64,000 nucleotides of DNA from Desulfosudaceae bacterium (GTDB taxonomy: Bacteria > Desulfobacterota > Desulfobacteria > Desulfobacterales > Desulfosudaceae), in contig CAXXDV010000003.1 in the NCBI GenBank assembly GCA_963674745.2, forward strand, positions 2,464,001 through 2,528,000, in the 5' to 3' direction. Below are positions 39,944-48,687 of this stretch, one piece after another. The notes below the pieces were generated by a model, which worked only from the letters and a program-made list of their open reading frames with translations, had not been told where the DNA came from and made no database searches. A program made the translations under genes and the position numbers. Every line of letters starts with the position of its first letter. Position 1 is the stretch's first letter.

Positions 39944-40744
39944 TTGAAAATCTGGCTGGATATGCATATCGTGGGAAGCCATTTAAGACGGTTGGGCCCT
40001 CTGAGAGTTACCATCGGCGGCGGTTCAATGTATCTGAGTCTGCCCTTGTTTCTGTTCGCTCACCTGGTGTTTATTGAACTGCTTTTAAACCGGATATTAA
40101 CGCCGTTACTGGGCCTTCAGAAGCTGAAAACAACCAATTACATCGTCCTCGACCGCCACCGGACAAAAGGGTTGTCCCGGTTTGACAAATTAAATTGTGT
40201 GTTTTGCGGCTATGCCAACGGTATTTCGGTATTATTGAACGAAAAAATCTGTCAACTTGCTGAACGCAAAAAAGAGCTGGGATCCTTTAGTCCATCATAC
40301 AACATTGTTTTGTTTATAATTGTGGCTGTCTTTCTGCCATTTATGGTAGTTGTGAAATTTGCAGGCATGAACATCATTTACGATATCCTTGTGTCACGTC
40401 CCCTTTACATGCATAGAACCCGGACAAAAGATATCAAGCGTAAAATTCTCAGCACCGGTTCTGCTGATATGTTTAATCAGAACACCTTATTTGATATGCT
40501 GATTCTTCATTCAAAAATAATCGTCATCAGGTTGATAGACGCGCTTGAGCAAATTGAATCAGCATGGTGCCCCCTGAAACATAAGAAAGTCGGAGAAAAC
40601 GTTAAGTATCCGTTACACCACCGGAACTTCTTTGAACCGGATGATCTTGAAGCCATGAGAAGTTCGCTTTATCTGAACGGCACTGTTTCAGACAAAAAAC
40701 CCCTGGTTGAAATTAAAAATCCCGCATATCCTTTAGACAGATAA
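39944..40744 (+). CDS. Hypothetical membrane protein with CxxC and WCPxKH motifs
   Basis: YIVLDRH..KLNCVFCGYANG and E..WCPLKH; TM segments; start uncertain. Confidence 0.65.
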   Translation: MKIWLDMHIVGSHLRRLGPLRVTIGGGSMYLSLPLFLFAHLVFIELLLNRILTPLLGLQKLKTTNYIVLDRHRTKGLSRFDKLNCVFCGYANGISVLLNEKICQLAERKKELGSFSPSYNIVLFIIVAVFLPFMVVVKFAGMNIIYDILVSRPLYMHRTRTKDIKRKILSTGSADMFNQNTLFDMLILHSKIIVIRLIDALEQIESAWCPLKHKKVGENVKYPLHHRNFFEPDDLEAMRSSLYLNGTVSDKKPLVEIKNPAYPLDR

Positions 40745-40767
40745 ACGCAGTTTCACGACTGCCCGAA

Positions 40768-40797
40768 CCCGCATATTTCATGAAATAACCGGGCTAA
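40768..40797. repeat. Palindromic REP / collapsed MITE ends
   Basis: CCCGCATATTTCATGAAATAACCGGGCTAA. Confidence 0.55.
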
Positions 40798-40833
40798 ATC
40801 CCGCATCTTCCCAGACTTTCTAAAGCTCATTTA

Positions 40834-40890
40834 TTCACAAAATGTCAAATCATATTCACATCTGGTCAATACTTAGAGCTCAAATATGTT
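40834..40890 (+). promoter_or_regulatory. Conserved island promoter/operator, copy 4
   Basis: TTCACAAAATGTCAAATCATA-TTCACATCTGGTCAATAC...TATGTT. Confidence 0.8.
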
Positions 40891-40943
40891 CTAGGGTAAT
40901 CATACAACCGAGCTTTTTTACAAATTGGAATAAGGAGAGCCTC

Positions 40944-41765
40944 ATGTTTAAAAACAAAACCATACTCATCACCGGCGGGTCATCCGGGCTTGGACTGGGG
41001 TTGGCTCAGGCACTTTTAGAAAGAGGCGCGCGCCTGATTCTTCTGGCCCGCACGCCAAAAAAACTGGAACAGGCAAAAGAGCGCCTGCTGAAAAACGTTC
41101 CCAACGGAAATGTAGATATCGTCCCCGTGGATGTAAGCGACCGCGAGACGTTGCACGAAGCGCTTGACGATGCTCTGAAAAGGCACCCCTCCCTGGACAT
41201 GGTCATCAACAATGCCGGGATATTAAGGGAAGGTTATTTTGAAAAACTGGCGGTAACGGATTTTGAAGAGATGTTCGGCGCCAACTACTTCGGCTGTCTA
41301 TATATAACGCGGATCACCCTGCCTTACTTGAAAAAATCCCGGGGCCGCCTGATCAACGTTGCATCTGTGGCGGGATTAACCGGCGGATTTGGACTTTCCG
41401 CATACGGCTCATCCAAATACGCGCTTGTTGGATTATCTGAAACATTACGCTGCGAACTAAAGCCACAGGGTGTTACCGTCCAGGTGGTATGCCCCCCGGA
41501 ATTTCTATCTCCCATGGTTGAGGAATTGGATACCTATCGGACACCGGAAAACCTGGCGCATACAATTATGATTCCCAGGCTGTCCCTGGATACTCTGGTG
41601 AAAGATACAGTAAAAGGCATTGAAAAAAACAAATTCAGGATTATCCCCGGCTGGCGGACACGATTGATGCTTCTCGGGGCGCAGCACTTTCCCGGTATCA
41701 GCCGTTTTTTTGCCGACCGGGTAATCAAAAAAGCCTATGTCGGTCCCGACCAGCATAATGGTTGA
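40944..41765 (+). CDS. SDR oxidoreductase (3-ketodihydrosphingosine reductase-like)
   Basis: ITGGSSGLG, NYFG, GLSAYGSSK, CPPEF.SP; ATG 40944 after AAGGAG. Confidence 0.85.
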   Translation: MFKNKTILITGGSSGLGLGLAQALLERGARLILLARTPKKLEQAKERLLKNVPNGNVDIVPVDVSDRETLHEALDDALKRHPSLDMVINNAGILREGYFEKLAVTDFEEMFGANYFGCLYITRITLPYLKKSRGRLINVASVAGLTGGFGLSAYGSSKYALVGLSETLRCELKPQGVTVQVVCPPEFLSPMVEELDTYRTPENLAHTIMIPRLSLDTLVKDTVKGIEKNKFRIIPGWRTRLMLLGAQHFPGISRFFADRVIKKAYVGPDQHNG

Positions 41766-41827
41766 AGCGCCCTCATCAGTCTAACGGAAAAGAGAACCAA
41801 AAGGGTTATATGATCTGGATATATACA

Positions 41828-41863
41828 GGGGATCTCTAAAAAAGCAATTTTTAGAGGTGCCTT
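41828..41863. repeat. Palindrome resembling collapsed IS/MITE ends
   Basis: GGGGATCTCTAAAAA-AGCAA-TTTTTAGAGGTGCCTT. Confidence 0.45.
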
Positions 41864-41897
41864 ACCGTTTTAATTACAAAAAGGAGATAAGATCACA

Positions 41898-42677
41898 ATG
41901 AAAACGGCACTCATTACCGGCGCGTCAAACGGCATTGGCCTTGAACTGGCCCGATTGTTTGCAAAAGACAAGATCAATGTCATTCTGGTCGCACGCAGTA
42001 AAGACAAATTGAACCGTATTGCCAGTGATTTTGAGCAGCAGTATGGCATCAAGGCGTTACCTGTCTCTGCCGACCTTTCCAGGCCCGGGTCGAGTCATGC
42101 GCTTTTTGAAGAAATCAGCCAGAACAATCATATGGATGTCGAGTTTCTTGTCAATAATGCCGGGGTTGGCATTTGCGGCACCATAAATGACACCAATATT
42201 GAACAAACATCAGCTATGCTTCAGCTCAATATGGTGAGCCTGGCGGAACTGACCATGCTGTTTCTGCCGGGGATGAAAAAAAAGAGAAGCGGTCGTATTT
42301 TAAATATCGGTTCTACTGCCGGTTATGTAATGCCTCACGGCTATGAAGTTGCCTATGCCGCAACAAAGTCCTTTGTGGTCAGCTTTTCAGAAGGCCTGCA
42401 TTTTGAACTGAAAGGGACGGGCGTTTCCTGTACCCATTTGAGCCCCGGCCCTACTCAAAGCAGTTTCTTTGACACGGCCGGTGCGAAAAGCGATGCCCGG
42501 TTACGGAACATGCTGATGGACACGAGGGTTGTGGCGCAAAAAGGGTACCGGGCAATGATGGCCGGGAAAAAGCACACGATCCCCGGCATTACCAATAAAG
42601 TGTTTGCATTTCTGGCCAGCCGGGTATCTCCATCTCGGAGACTGGTTTATACCTTATCCGGTGCGTTTGTAAAGTAG
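41898..42677 (+). CDS. SDR oxidoreductase
   Basis: TGASNGIG, NNAG, YAATK, PGPT. Confidence 0.9.
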   Translation: MKTALITGASNGIGLELARLFAKDKINVILVARSKDKLNRIASDFEQQYGIKALPVSADLSRPGSSHALFEEISQNNHMDVEFLVNNAGVGICGTINDTNIEQTSAMLQLNMVSLAELTMLFLPGMKKKRSGRILNIGSTAGYVMPHGYEVAYAATKSFVVSFSEGLHFELKGTGVSCTHLSPGPTQSSFFDTAGAKSDARLRNMLMDTRVVAQKGYRAMMAGKKHTIPGITNKVFAFLASRVSPSRRLVYTLSGAFVK

Positions 42678-42819
42678 TGCCCATCCAGAAATTGCTATTT
42701 TGCCCGATTTCTGTGTCAGGCTCAAATTTTAATCTTCGAAATACGACAAGTATTCCTCCGGTTAAAATTTTCGCCTTCCTTGAACTCGAACAAAATATCT
42801 AATCTCTTGACGGACACTA
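42675..42819. mobile_element. MITE-like element starting at the SDR stop codon
   Basis: Imperfect TIRs TAGTGCCCATCCAGAAATT / AATCTCTTGACGGACACTA. Confidence 0.6.
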
Positions 42820-42854
42820 AAAGGCCAGAGGGGCTGTTTATAGGAGAATAATCT

Positions 42855-43721
42855 ATGTCGCTATTGTTTGTCGAAGAATCTCATCATCCAGGTGTTCCCG
42901 AAATACAGCGTTTTGATGCCACGTCTGTTTATATTATGGTAAAGCGCCCTTCTTTCTCAGGAAGGGAACGGTTTAAAAAAAAATTGTTGTCCGGCTTTGT
43001 GGAACAGGTCAGGTCTGTTGGATCCGCTTTAAATTATACCGCATTTAAGCAGCATCATCTTGTCAGGAGCGGTGCGTTTGCCGCCATTTCCTATATTGCG
43101 ACTCGAAAGCACTTGAATGTCTCATTGCTGAGCCGCATCCGCGGCCTGACACCCCCGAAGCCGTATCATGTTTCCTTGTTTCCATATTATGACGCGGTGA
43201 TAGAATTTCAATTTGCCGACCGGTTGTCAAATAAACAGATAACAACGATCAAAGACCTTGCCCGTTATCTGGCCGGTAAGTGTAAACGGGTTTCCGTCAT
43301 GGAGAGTAATGTCCGCTATCAGGCATTCGACGATAAGAGCCCTGCCAATAAGAATCCTTTTCATATGGTGTTCATTTCACAGGAGCCATCTCATATTGCA
43401 CGTGAAAAAGCGCAAAAACACTGGATAAGTGATCATGCCGCTTTTGTCGTTAATCATGTCAAGTATACAAAAATGATACGCTATCGGATTTCCCATGCAA
43501 CCCTTGATAAAAAAAGCGCATTTGAAAACAGGTATGGCGGAATCGCGTTTGTAGAATTTAAAGGCCTGCCGGCTTTTATGCGTAACATGCTCAATCCCAA
43601 TGCGGTAAGGCTCAACAATTCAATCGTGCTGGATGAAATGAATTTATCGGCAGAGTCCAGAATTATGCTGATGAAAGAATACGATCTCGGGGCTAAAGGG
43701 AGCGGAAAGGAGGACACCTGA
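42855..43721 (+). CDS. EthD-like tandem-domain protein
   Basis: KRP..S...F, YDAVIE.F; HW...HA..V...RY.ISH, YGGIA.VEF, ..DE.N. Confidence 0.55.
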   Translation: MSLLFVEESHHPGVPEIQRFDATSVYIMVKRPSFSGRERFKKKLLSGFVEQVRSVGSALNYTAFKQHHLVRSGAFAAISYIATRKHLNVSLLSRIRGLTPPKPYHVSLFPYYDAVIEFQFADRLSNKQITTIKDLARYLAGKCKRVSVMESNVRYQAFDDKSPANKNPFHMVFISQEPSHIAREKAQKHWISDHAAFVVNHVKYTKMIRYRISHATLDKKSAFENRYGGIAFVEFKGLPAFMRNMLNPNAVRLNNSIVLDEMNLSAESRIMLMKEYDLGAKGSGKEDT

Positions 43722-43745
43722 TTCAGGCAAACAAGGGGGTACAGT

Positions 43746-44273
43746 ATGACTGAAGACGCAACCATGAACAATCAGAGCAGGCGATCGTTTTTCAAATCGA
43801 GTTTTAAAATGCTTACCGCCATTGGCCTGGGCGGAATATTTTACAGCGCTGCCAGATTTCTCGGTTCTGATTCGACTCCGGAGACAGGCCATAGCCATGC
43901 TTTTGGTGCCTTTCATCCGGACAATGAACGCATGACCGGATCAGGCGGCGGACTTCGCGCCTCAAAGGCCGCTGACGGTCGATATGAACTTGAGACTGAA
44001 TCCGTCCCCGCAGGCGTTGGCGCCGTTGTGTCTGCAGGAAGCCTGCCCATACTGGTAGTCCACGGGACGAACGGTTTCAGGGTATTTAACGCCACCTGCA
44101 CTCATCTTGGATGCCTTGTGAAATGGGATCCGGCGGCCAACATGTTCATCTGCCCCTGCCACGGCGGAAAATATGATGCAAACGGTCAGGTCATTGCCGG
44201 CCCACCTCCGAGTGCCCTTAAAGAACACACCGTTGCTGAAAAAGACGATATGATCAGAATTGCCATCACATGA
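43746..44273 (+). CDS. Rieske [2Fe-2S] protein with Tat anchor
   Basis: SRRSFFK, CTHLGC, CPCHG, GPPP. Confidence 0.93.
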   Translation: MTEDATMNNQSRRSFFKSSFKMLTAIGLGGIFYSAARFLGSDSTPETGHSHAFGAFHPDNERMTGSGGGLRASKAADGRYELETESVPAGVGAVVSAGSLPILVVHGTNGFRVFNATCTHLGCLVKWDPAANMFICPCHGGKYDANGQVIAGPPPSALKEHTVAEKDDMIRIAIT

Positions 44274-45517
44274 CAAAAAACATAATCGACACCTTTTTAA
44301 ACCGCGTTCGAGTCAGGCTGAAAGCAGCCGGTACTGTAAAAGCGCAGATTTTTTCCCGTTCCACCTTACAGCCGGAGAGCCGGCTTGATTACCTGGCCTA
44401 TTCCGGGACAGTCATTGCGGTACTGCTGGTGATTCAGTTTGCAACGGGCGTGCTGCTTTTACTTCATTATGAACCCTTTCCCTCGCGTGCGTTCTCATCT
44501 CTGCTGACCATCAGGAACGATGTTGAGTACGGACTGTTGTTTTCCAACCTTCATTCCGTGGGTTCCAAGCTGATTATACTGGTGATGTTTATTCACATGT
44601 TCAGGATTATGCTGGTTTCTGCCCACCGCGGCCCACGGTCCCCCCAGTGGTATGTCGGCGTTGGTCTCGCTTTTTTAATGCTTTTTACCGGTTTCTCCGG
44701 ATATCTTCTGCCCTGGTCCCAGCAGTCTTTCTGGGCCTGTGTTGTCGGTACCGAGTCGCTTCGCGTTTTTCCCGTCATTGGAAACACCGCCACATGGCTT
44801 CTACGGGGCGGTTCCGAAGTTAACGGCCTGACCCTGACCAGATTTTACTGGCTTCACATCACCCTGCTCCCCATTTCAATCATATACCTGGCATGGCTGC
44901 ACATAAAAATGGTCTGGAGAACAGGCGTGGCCGGGCCGGCAAAATCTTTTGCGGACGTGGCCACCGAAAATTGCGTGGGCTGCGGCAAATGCCGACAGGT
45001 CTGCTCGTTTAACGCGGTTTCCATGAAAGAGGATGGGGACAAAAAAGACAAACCGCTGATTGATCCTTCCAGATGCAATGGTTGCCGGGCCTGTGTGGAG
45101 GAATGCCCCAACGCCTGCATCTTCCTGTTCAAGGGAACAGAACCGTGCCGGTTGGAGCCCATATTTCCGGATAATATTGTCAGGAGAATGCTTGCGGTCT
45201 TCATTACAGTGGTAGTTCTTTTCGGATTTTCGTATTTCGGCCACGCTTTTCACAAGATCCCGGCCGACCCCATGCTGACACCGGAACGGATAAAGCCCGA
45301 CTGGTATTTCCTGGGGGCGTATCAATTCCTGAAAGCACTGCCAAGCGAAACCTGGGGGATACTGGCAATGCTGGCAATCTGTATCCTGATTGCGATTCTG
45401 CCGATTATTGACAAGTCAGGTTCCAGAAATCCCCGGCGTCGACCTGTATATATGCTGCTTGTTATTGGCGGTATTTCAGGGTTTATCATATTCACCTTCT
45501 GGGGATGGGTTTCCTGA
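44270..45517 (+). CDS. Cytochrome b (b6 + subunit IV fused) with inserted 2x[4Fe-4S] ferredoxin
   Basis: Four heme His, GYLLPW.Q.SFWA, CVGCGKCRQVC and CNGCRACVEECP, IKPDWYF (PEWY-type) motif. Confidence 0.9.
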   Translation: MTKNIIDTFLNRVRVRLKAAGTVKAQIFSRSTLQPESRLDYLAYSGTVIAVLLVIQFATGVLLLLHYEPFPSRAFSSLLTIRNDVEYGLLFSNLHSVGSKLIILVMFIHMFRIMLVSAHRGPRSPQWYVGVGLAFLMLFTGFSGYLLPWSQQSFWACVVGTESLRVFPVIGNTATWLLRGGSEVNGLTLTRFYWLHITLLPISIIYLAWLHIKMVWRTGVAGPAKSFADVATENCVGCGKCRQVCSFNAVSMKEDGDKKDKPLIDPSRCNGCRACVEECPNACIFLFKGTEPCRLEPIFPDNIVRRMLAVFITVVVLFGFSYFGHAFHKIPADPMLTPERIKPDWYFLGAYQFLKALPSETWGILAMLAICILIAILPIIDKSGSRNPRRRPVYMLLVIGGISGFIIFTFWGWVS

Positions 45518-45518
45518 C

Positions 45519-46316
45519 ATGAAAAAATATTTTTTCCTGCTATTCCTCCTGCTCGTCCTGGTTTCAAAAACAACGGCACAGGACAGATTATTTCTGCTCC
45601 AGGACAACTGCATTAAATGCCATCTGTGGTGCGAGACAAAAAGCGGCGAAAACTCGGTTGTCAAATGGAAAAGGAGCGTTCATTTCAGGCCGGATACCGC
45701 CTGCGCCGACTGCCATGGCGGCGATCGGCTTTTATATCTGGATTTTAAAGCCGGACACATGGGAATGCCTGACAGAAACCAATCAGTAGGGATGTGCGAA
45801 CAGTGTCATGAGCAGGCTGTACGTGATTTCATAGGCCGCAAGGTGTCGCAGACAAAAAACAATAAGTGCACGGTAAGCTGCGTTGACTGCCACGGGCATC
45901 ACCAGATTGAAAAACCGGATGCTCCGGCCATGTTCCAAAGAACCTGCCGTAAATGTCATTCTCCGGACAAAGCCGCCGCGATTGCAAACACGATACAAAA
46001 AACAGAATCCCGCCTGGCATTTGTTGAGGCGGAAATAAAGTCCCACGAAACATCCGGACTGCCGGTTCTGACCCCGAAGGAAATGCTGAAAGATATTCAA
46101 CGGCAGTATGCGCGGGGATTTCACAAAAATACGTTTTCAAAACAGGAACCGTTTCTGACTGGAGAATTGTCATATGCAATAGATGATCTTGAAGACCGTT
46201 TGGGCCGTTCAGCCCCGAACCAATGGCATATTCAGGGGTATATGGTCATAGCCTTTCTGGGCCTGATCTGTGTTTTGCTGACGGCCTACTTAGCGACCCT
46301 GAAAAAGAAAGAATAA
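45519..46316 (+). CDS. Pentaheme cytochrome c with signal peptide and C-terminal TM anchor
   Basis: CIKCH, CADCH, CEQCH, CVDCH, CRKCH; start ATG 45519. Confidence 0.88.
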   Translation: MKKYFFLLFLLLVLVSKTTAQDRLFLLQDNCIKCHLWCETKSGENSVVKWKRSVHFRPDTACADCHGGDRLLYLDFKAGHMGMPDRNQSVGMCEQCHEQAVRDFIGRKVSQTKNNKCTVSCVDCHGHHQIEKPDAPAMFQRTCRKCHSPDKAAAIANTIQKTESRLAFVEAEIKSHETSGLPVLTPKEMLKDIQRQYARGFHKNTFSKQEPFLTGELSYAIDDLEDRLGRSAPNQWHIQGYMVIAFLGLICVLLTAYLATLKKKE

Positions 46317-46335
46317 AAAATTTGGGAGGAAAATC

Positions 46336-46674
46336 ATAAACGACACATGCCAAGACAAGACAAACTGCCCCTGGACAGGAAGGATCGCCCTGATCCTCGC
46401 CCTTGTTGCTGTTTTTATGGCGTTTAAGGCCGGGCATTCCTCAAAAATCAACGCCATAACCAGCATCAATGAGATGATAACGGACAAGGTCGTACCCCAG
46501 ATGGCCAGGGCCACCGAAAGGGATGTCATCGGCCATATCTACGATCTGAAACGGACCATGGTTACCCTTGAGGAGATAAAGGAGACCACGGCCAACGAGG
46601 ACGTCAAAGCCATGGTGGACAAAATCCGCAAGGACATTGAGGAACTTAACGTCAAACTCTTTGTGCATGAATAG
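46336..46674 (+). CDS. Small single-TM coiled-coil protein (probable ATA start)
   Basis: GGAGGA RBS 5 nt before an in-frame ATA at 46336, which adds TM segment RIALILALVAVF to the 46417 ORF. Confidence 0.6.
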   Translation: MNDTCQDKTNCPWTGRIALILALVAVFMAFKAGHSSKINAITSINEMITDKVVPQMARATERDVIGHIYDLKRTMVTLEEIKETTANEDVKAMVDKIRKDIEELNVKLFVHE

Positions 46675-46679
46675 GGGGT

Positions 46680-48545
46680 ATGGCCATGCCTGATAAGGAC
46701 AAGCCGGAAAACATTTTCCAAAAACCGATCAACCGCCGTAATTTTTTAAAAATAAGCGCTGCCGCAGCAGCGGCCGGCGTAATGGGGCCCGGACTTTCAG
46801 GCTGTGCCCCGGAGATTTACCGGGGCCATTACCCGGATGTGCCCGAAAACCATGTCTCGCTTTCGCCCAACGGGAAAAGTGTGCTCATCCTGGGCGGTGG
46901 TTTCGGCGGCATGCACGCGGCCTGCGAACTGCTTGACCGGGGTTTTGAAGTCACGATTATCGAAAAATCAAGCATGCTCGGGGGAAAACTCAAGAGTTGG
47001 CGGGATCCCGGGTTCGGCATCCCGCCCACGGATGATCCCAACTGGAAGGGATATCCCAGGGATCACGGTGCGCACGCGGTGTGGGGGTTTTACAACAACC
47101 TGAGAGAATTCATGGGCAGACACGGCTATAAACTGGCGACCTTCCCCCGGGAATCCACCATGTACAATTTTCTGGATAAAGACGGTTCCCAGGCTGTCAT
47201 GGGTTCTGCACCCACATGGCCCGGCCCCCTGGCAAATCTTCAAAGAGGCCTTGAGACAAAACATGCCATTGAAAAATTAACCGGAGAAGATCCGGGCGCC
47301 ATGCTGTACATGAACAAAATCTTTGGCTTTGACTATGAGAGCAAGAAGCAGCGGGCCTATCTGGACAGCATTTCTTTTCCCGAGTGGGCGCGACTGGTAG
47401 GCATACCGGACAAGCTGATTTATAAGTTCTTCGGTCCCACGTCTGAAATGGCCATGTTCGACCACATCGATAACACCAGCGCGCTCTATATGCTGACAAC
47501 GCTGAGCCTGGGCTCGGGCAGTTATAGGGACATGTGCGTTGATATTTTCACCCACCCTCCCGGCGAAACCTATGCCGAGCCCATTGAGCGCTACATCCTG
47601 GCCAAAGGCGGAAAGATCATTTATGACATGCCGGTCATCAAGGTCAATCATGACGGCAGAAAGATTAAGAGCGTCCTTGCCGGTGATGAAAATTTTGTCC
47701 CGGGTGTGAAAAACTGGAAATGTAATGTCTGCGGATCAACCTTTCCTTCGCCGGCCAAGCCGTTCAGATGCCCGGTATGCGGTGCCCCCATTACCCAGAT
47801 CAGGGCCCTGTCTTCAGGCCCGCCTAAAGAATACCTGGCGGATTATTATGTGGTTGCCATGGACACGCCCGGCGCCAAACAGGTGGTGGCAAAATCGGGG
47901 CTGCTGGGGGACACCTATTTTGACAATATCATGAAGCTGGATGCGACCGGCGTCTATGTTGTCAATTTATGGTATGCCGACTGCAATGCATGGGAGCGCC
48001 GTTTTCCCAAACATGGTGATTTTTTCGCTTCCGGATTCAAGTTTCTGGGCATCACGCTCAACTGGGCGGTTTCTCGAAAATCCAAAGACGGACAAGACAG
48101 ACAATACCTTGTACCGGATTATCAGGGCAAAAACATCAACGTGATTGAAACCCAGATAGCCAATACCGAGCGGGTGGAGAACAAATCAGACGAAGAAATC
48201 GCCCGGCTGGTTCACGAGGAGTTATTGTGCGTGATGCCGGATTTACCCGTGCCGACGGATTTTTATGTCAACCGGTGGGACACCTATTCACCCCAGCGGA
48301 CCGGGTACGAGGCCCTGCGACCCGATATTCAGAGCCCGGTAGACAACCTGTTTTTCATCGGCGACTGGGTTCTGACAAACCATGAAAGCGTTTATATGGA
48401 GAAAACCAACGTGGCCTCAAAAATGGTGACCAACCTGTTACTGGACAAGATCGGACAAAAACAGGGCCGTATGAAAATACTGAAAAGCGGCGATCCCGAC
48501 CTTACGATGAGGGTACTCAAAGCGTTAAACAATCCATACCCGTAA
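46680..48545 (+). CDS. Tat-exported lipoprotein FAD oxidoreductase, CrtU/zeta-carotene desaturase-like, with rubredoxin-like insert
   Basis: NRRNFLK Tat motif, LSGC lipobox, GGGFGG...LGGK, HGAHAVWGFYNNL, CNVC-x12-CPVC, NLFFIGDWV..YMEK. Confidence 0.8.
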   Translation: MAMPDKDKPENIFQKPINRRNFLKISAAAAAAGVMGPGLSGCAPEIYRGHYPDVPENHVSLSPNGKSVLILGGGFGGMHAACELLDRGFEVTIIEKSSMLGGKLKSWRDPGFGIPPTDDPNWKGYPRDHGAHAVWGFYNNLREFMGRHGYKLATFPRESTMYNFLDKDGSQAVMGSAPTWPGPLANLQRGLETKHAIEKLTGEDPGAMLYMNKIFGFDYESKKQRAYLDSISFPEWARLVGIPDKLIYKFFGPTSEMAMFDHIDNTSALYMLTTLSLGSGSYRDMCVDIFTHPPGETYAEPIERYILAKGGKIIYDMPVIKVNHDGRKIKSVLAGDENFVPGVKNWKCNVCGSTFPSPAKPFRCPVCGAPITQIRALSSGPPKEYLADYYVVAMDTPGAKQVVAKSGLLGDTYFDNIMKLDATGVYVVNLWYADCNAWERRFPKHGDFFASGFKFLGITLNWAVSRKSKDGQDRQYLVPDYQGKNINVIETQIANTERVENKSDEEIARLVHEELLCVMPDLPVPTDFYVNRWDTYSPQRTGYEALRPDIQSPVDNLFFIGDWVLTNHESVYMEKTNVASKMVTNLLLDKIGQKQGRMKILKSGDPDLTMRVLKALNNPYP

Positions 48546-48687
48546 ACCGGGATGGCACAGTTAGGGCTATGAATAGATTTCCGGACGATTTCCGAGGTCA
48601 GTATATCTAATTCAATCTATTAACAGCGAAAATTAGTCAACTAACAAAGGCTCATTTTTGATTCTTAACATATTTACAGGGGGGATT

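Noticed and set aside
40842..40943. ORF-track extension MSNHIHIWS... of the SDR
   Set aside because: It is the translated promoter box; the RBS points to ATG 40944. ORFs 38404-38634 and 39528-39767 resemble each other for the same reason.
46680..48545. Carotenoid biosynthesis cluster
   Set aside because: No crtE/crtB/crtI/cyclase genes nearby and the protein has an export signal.
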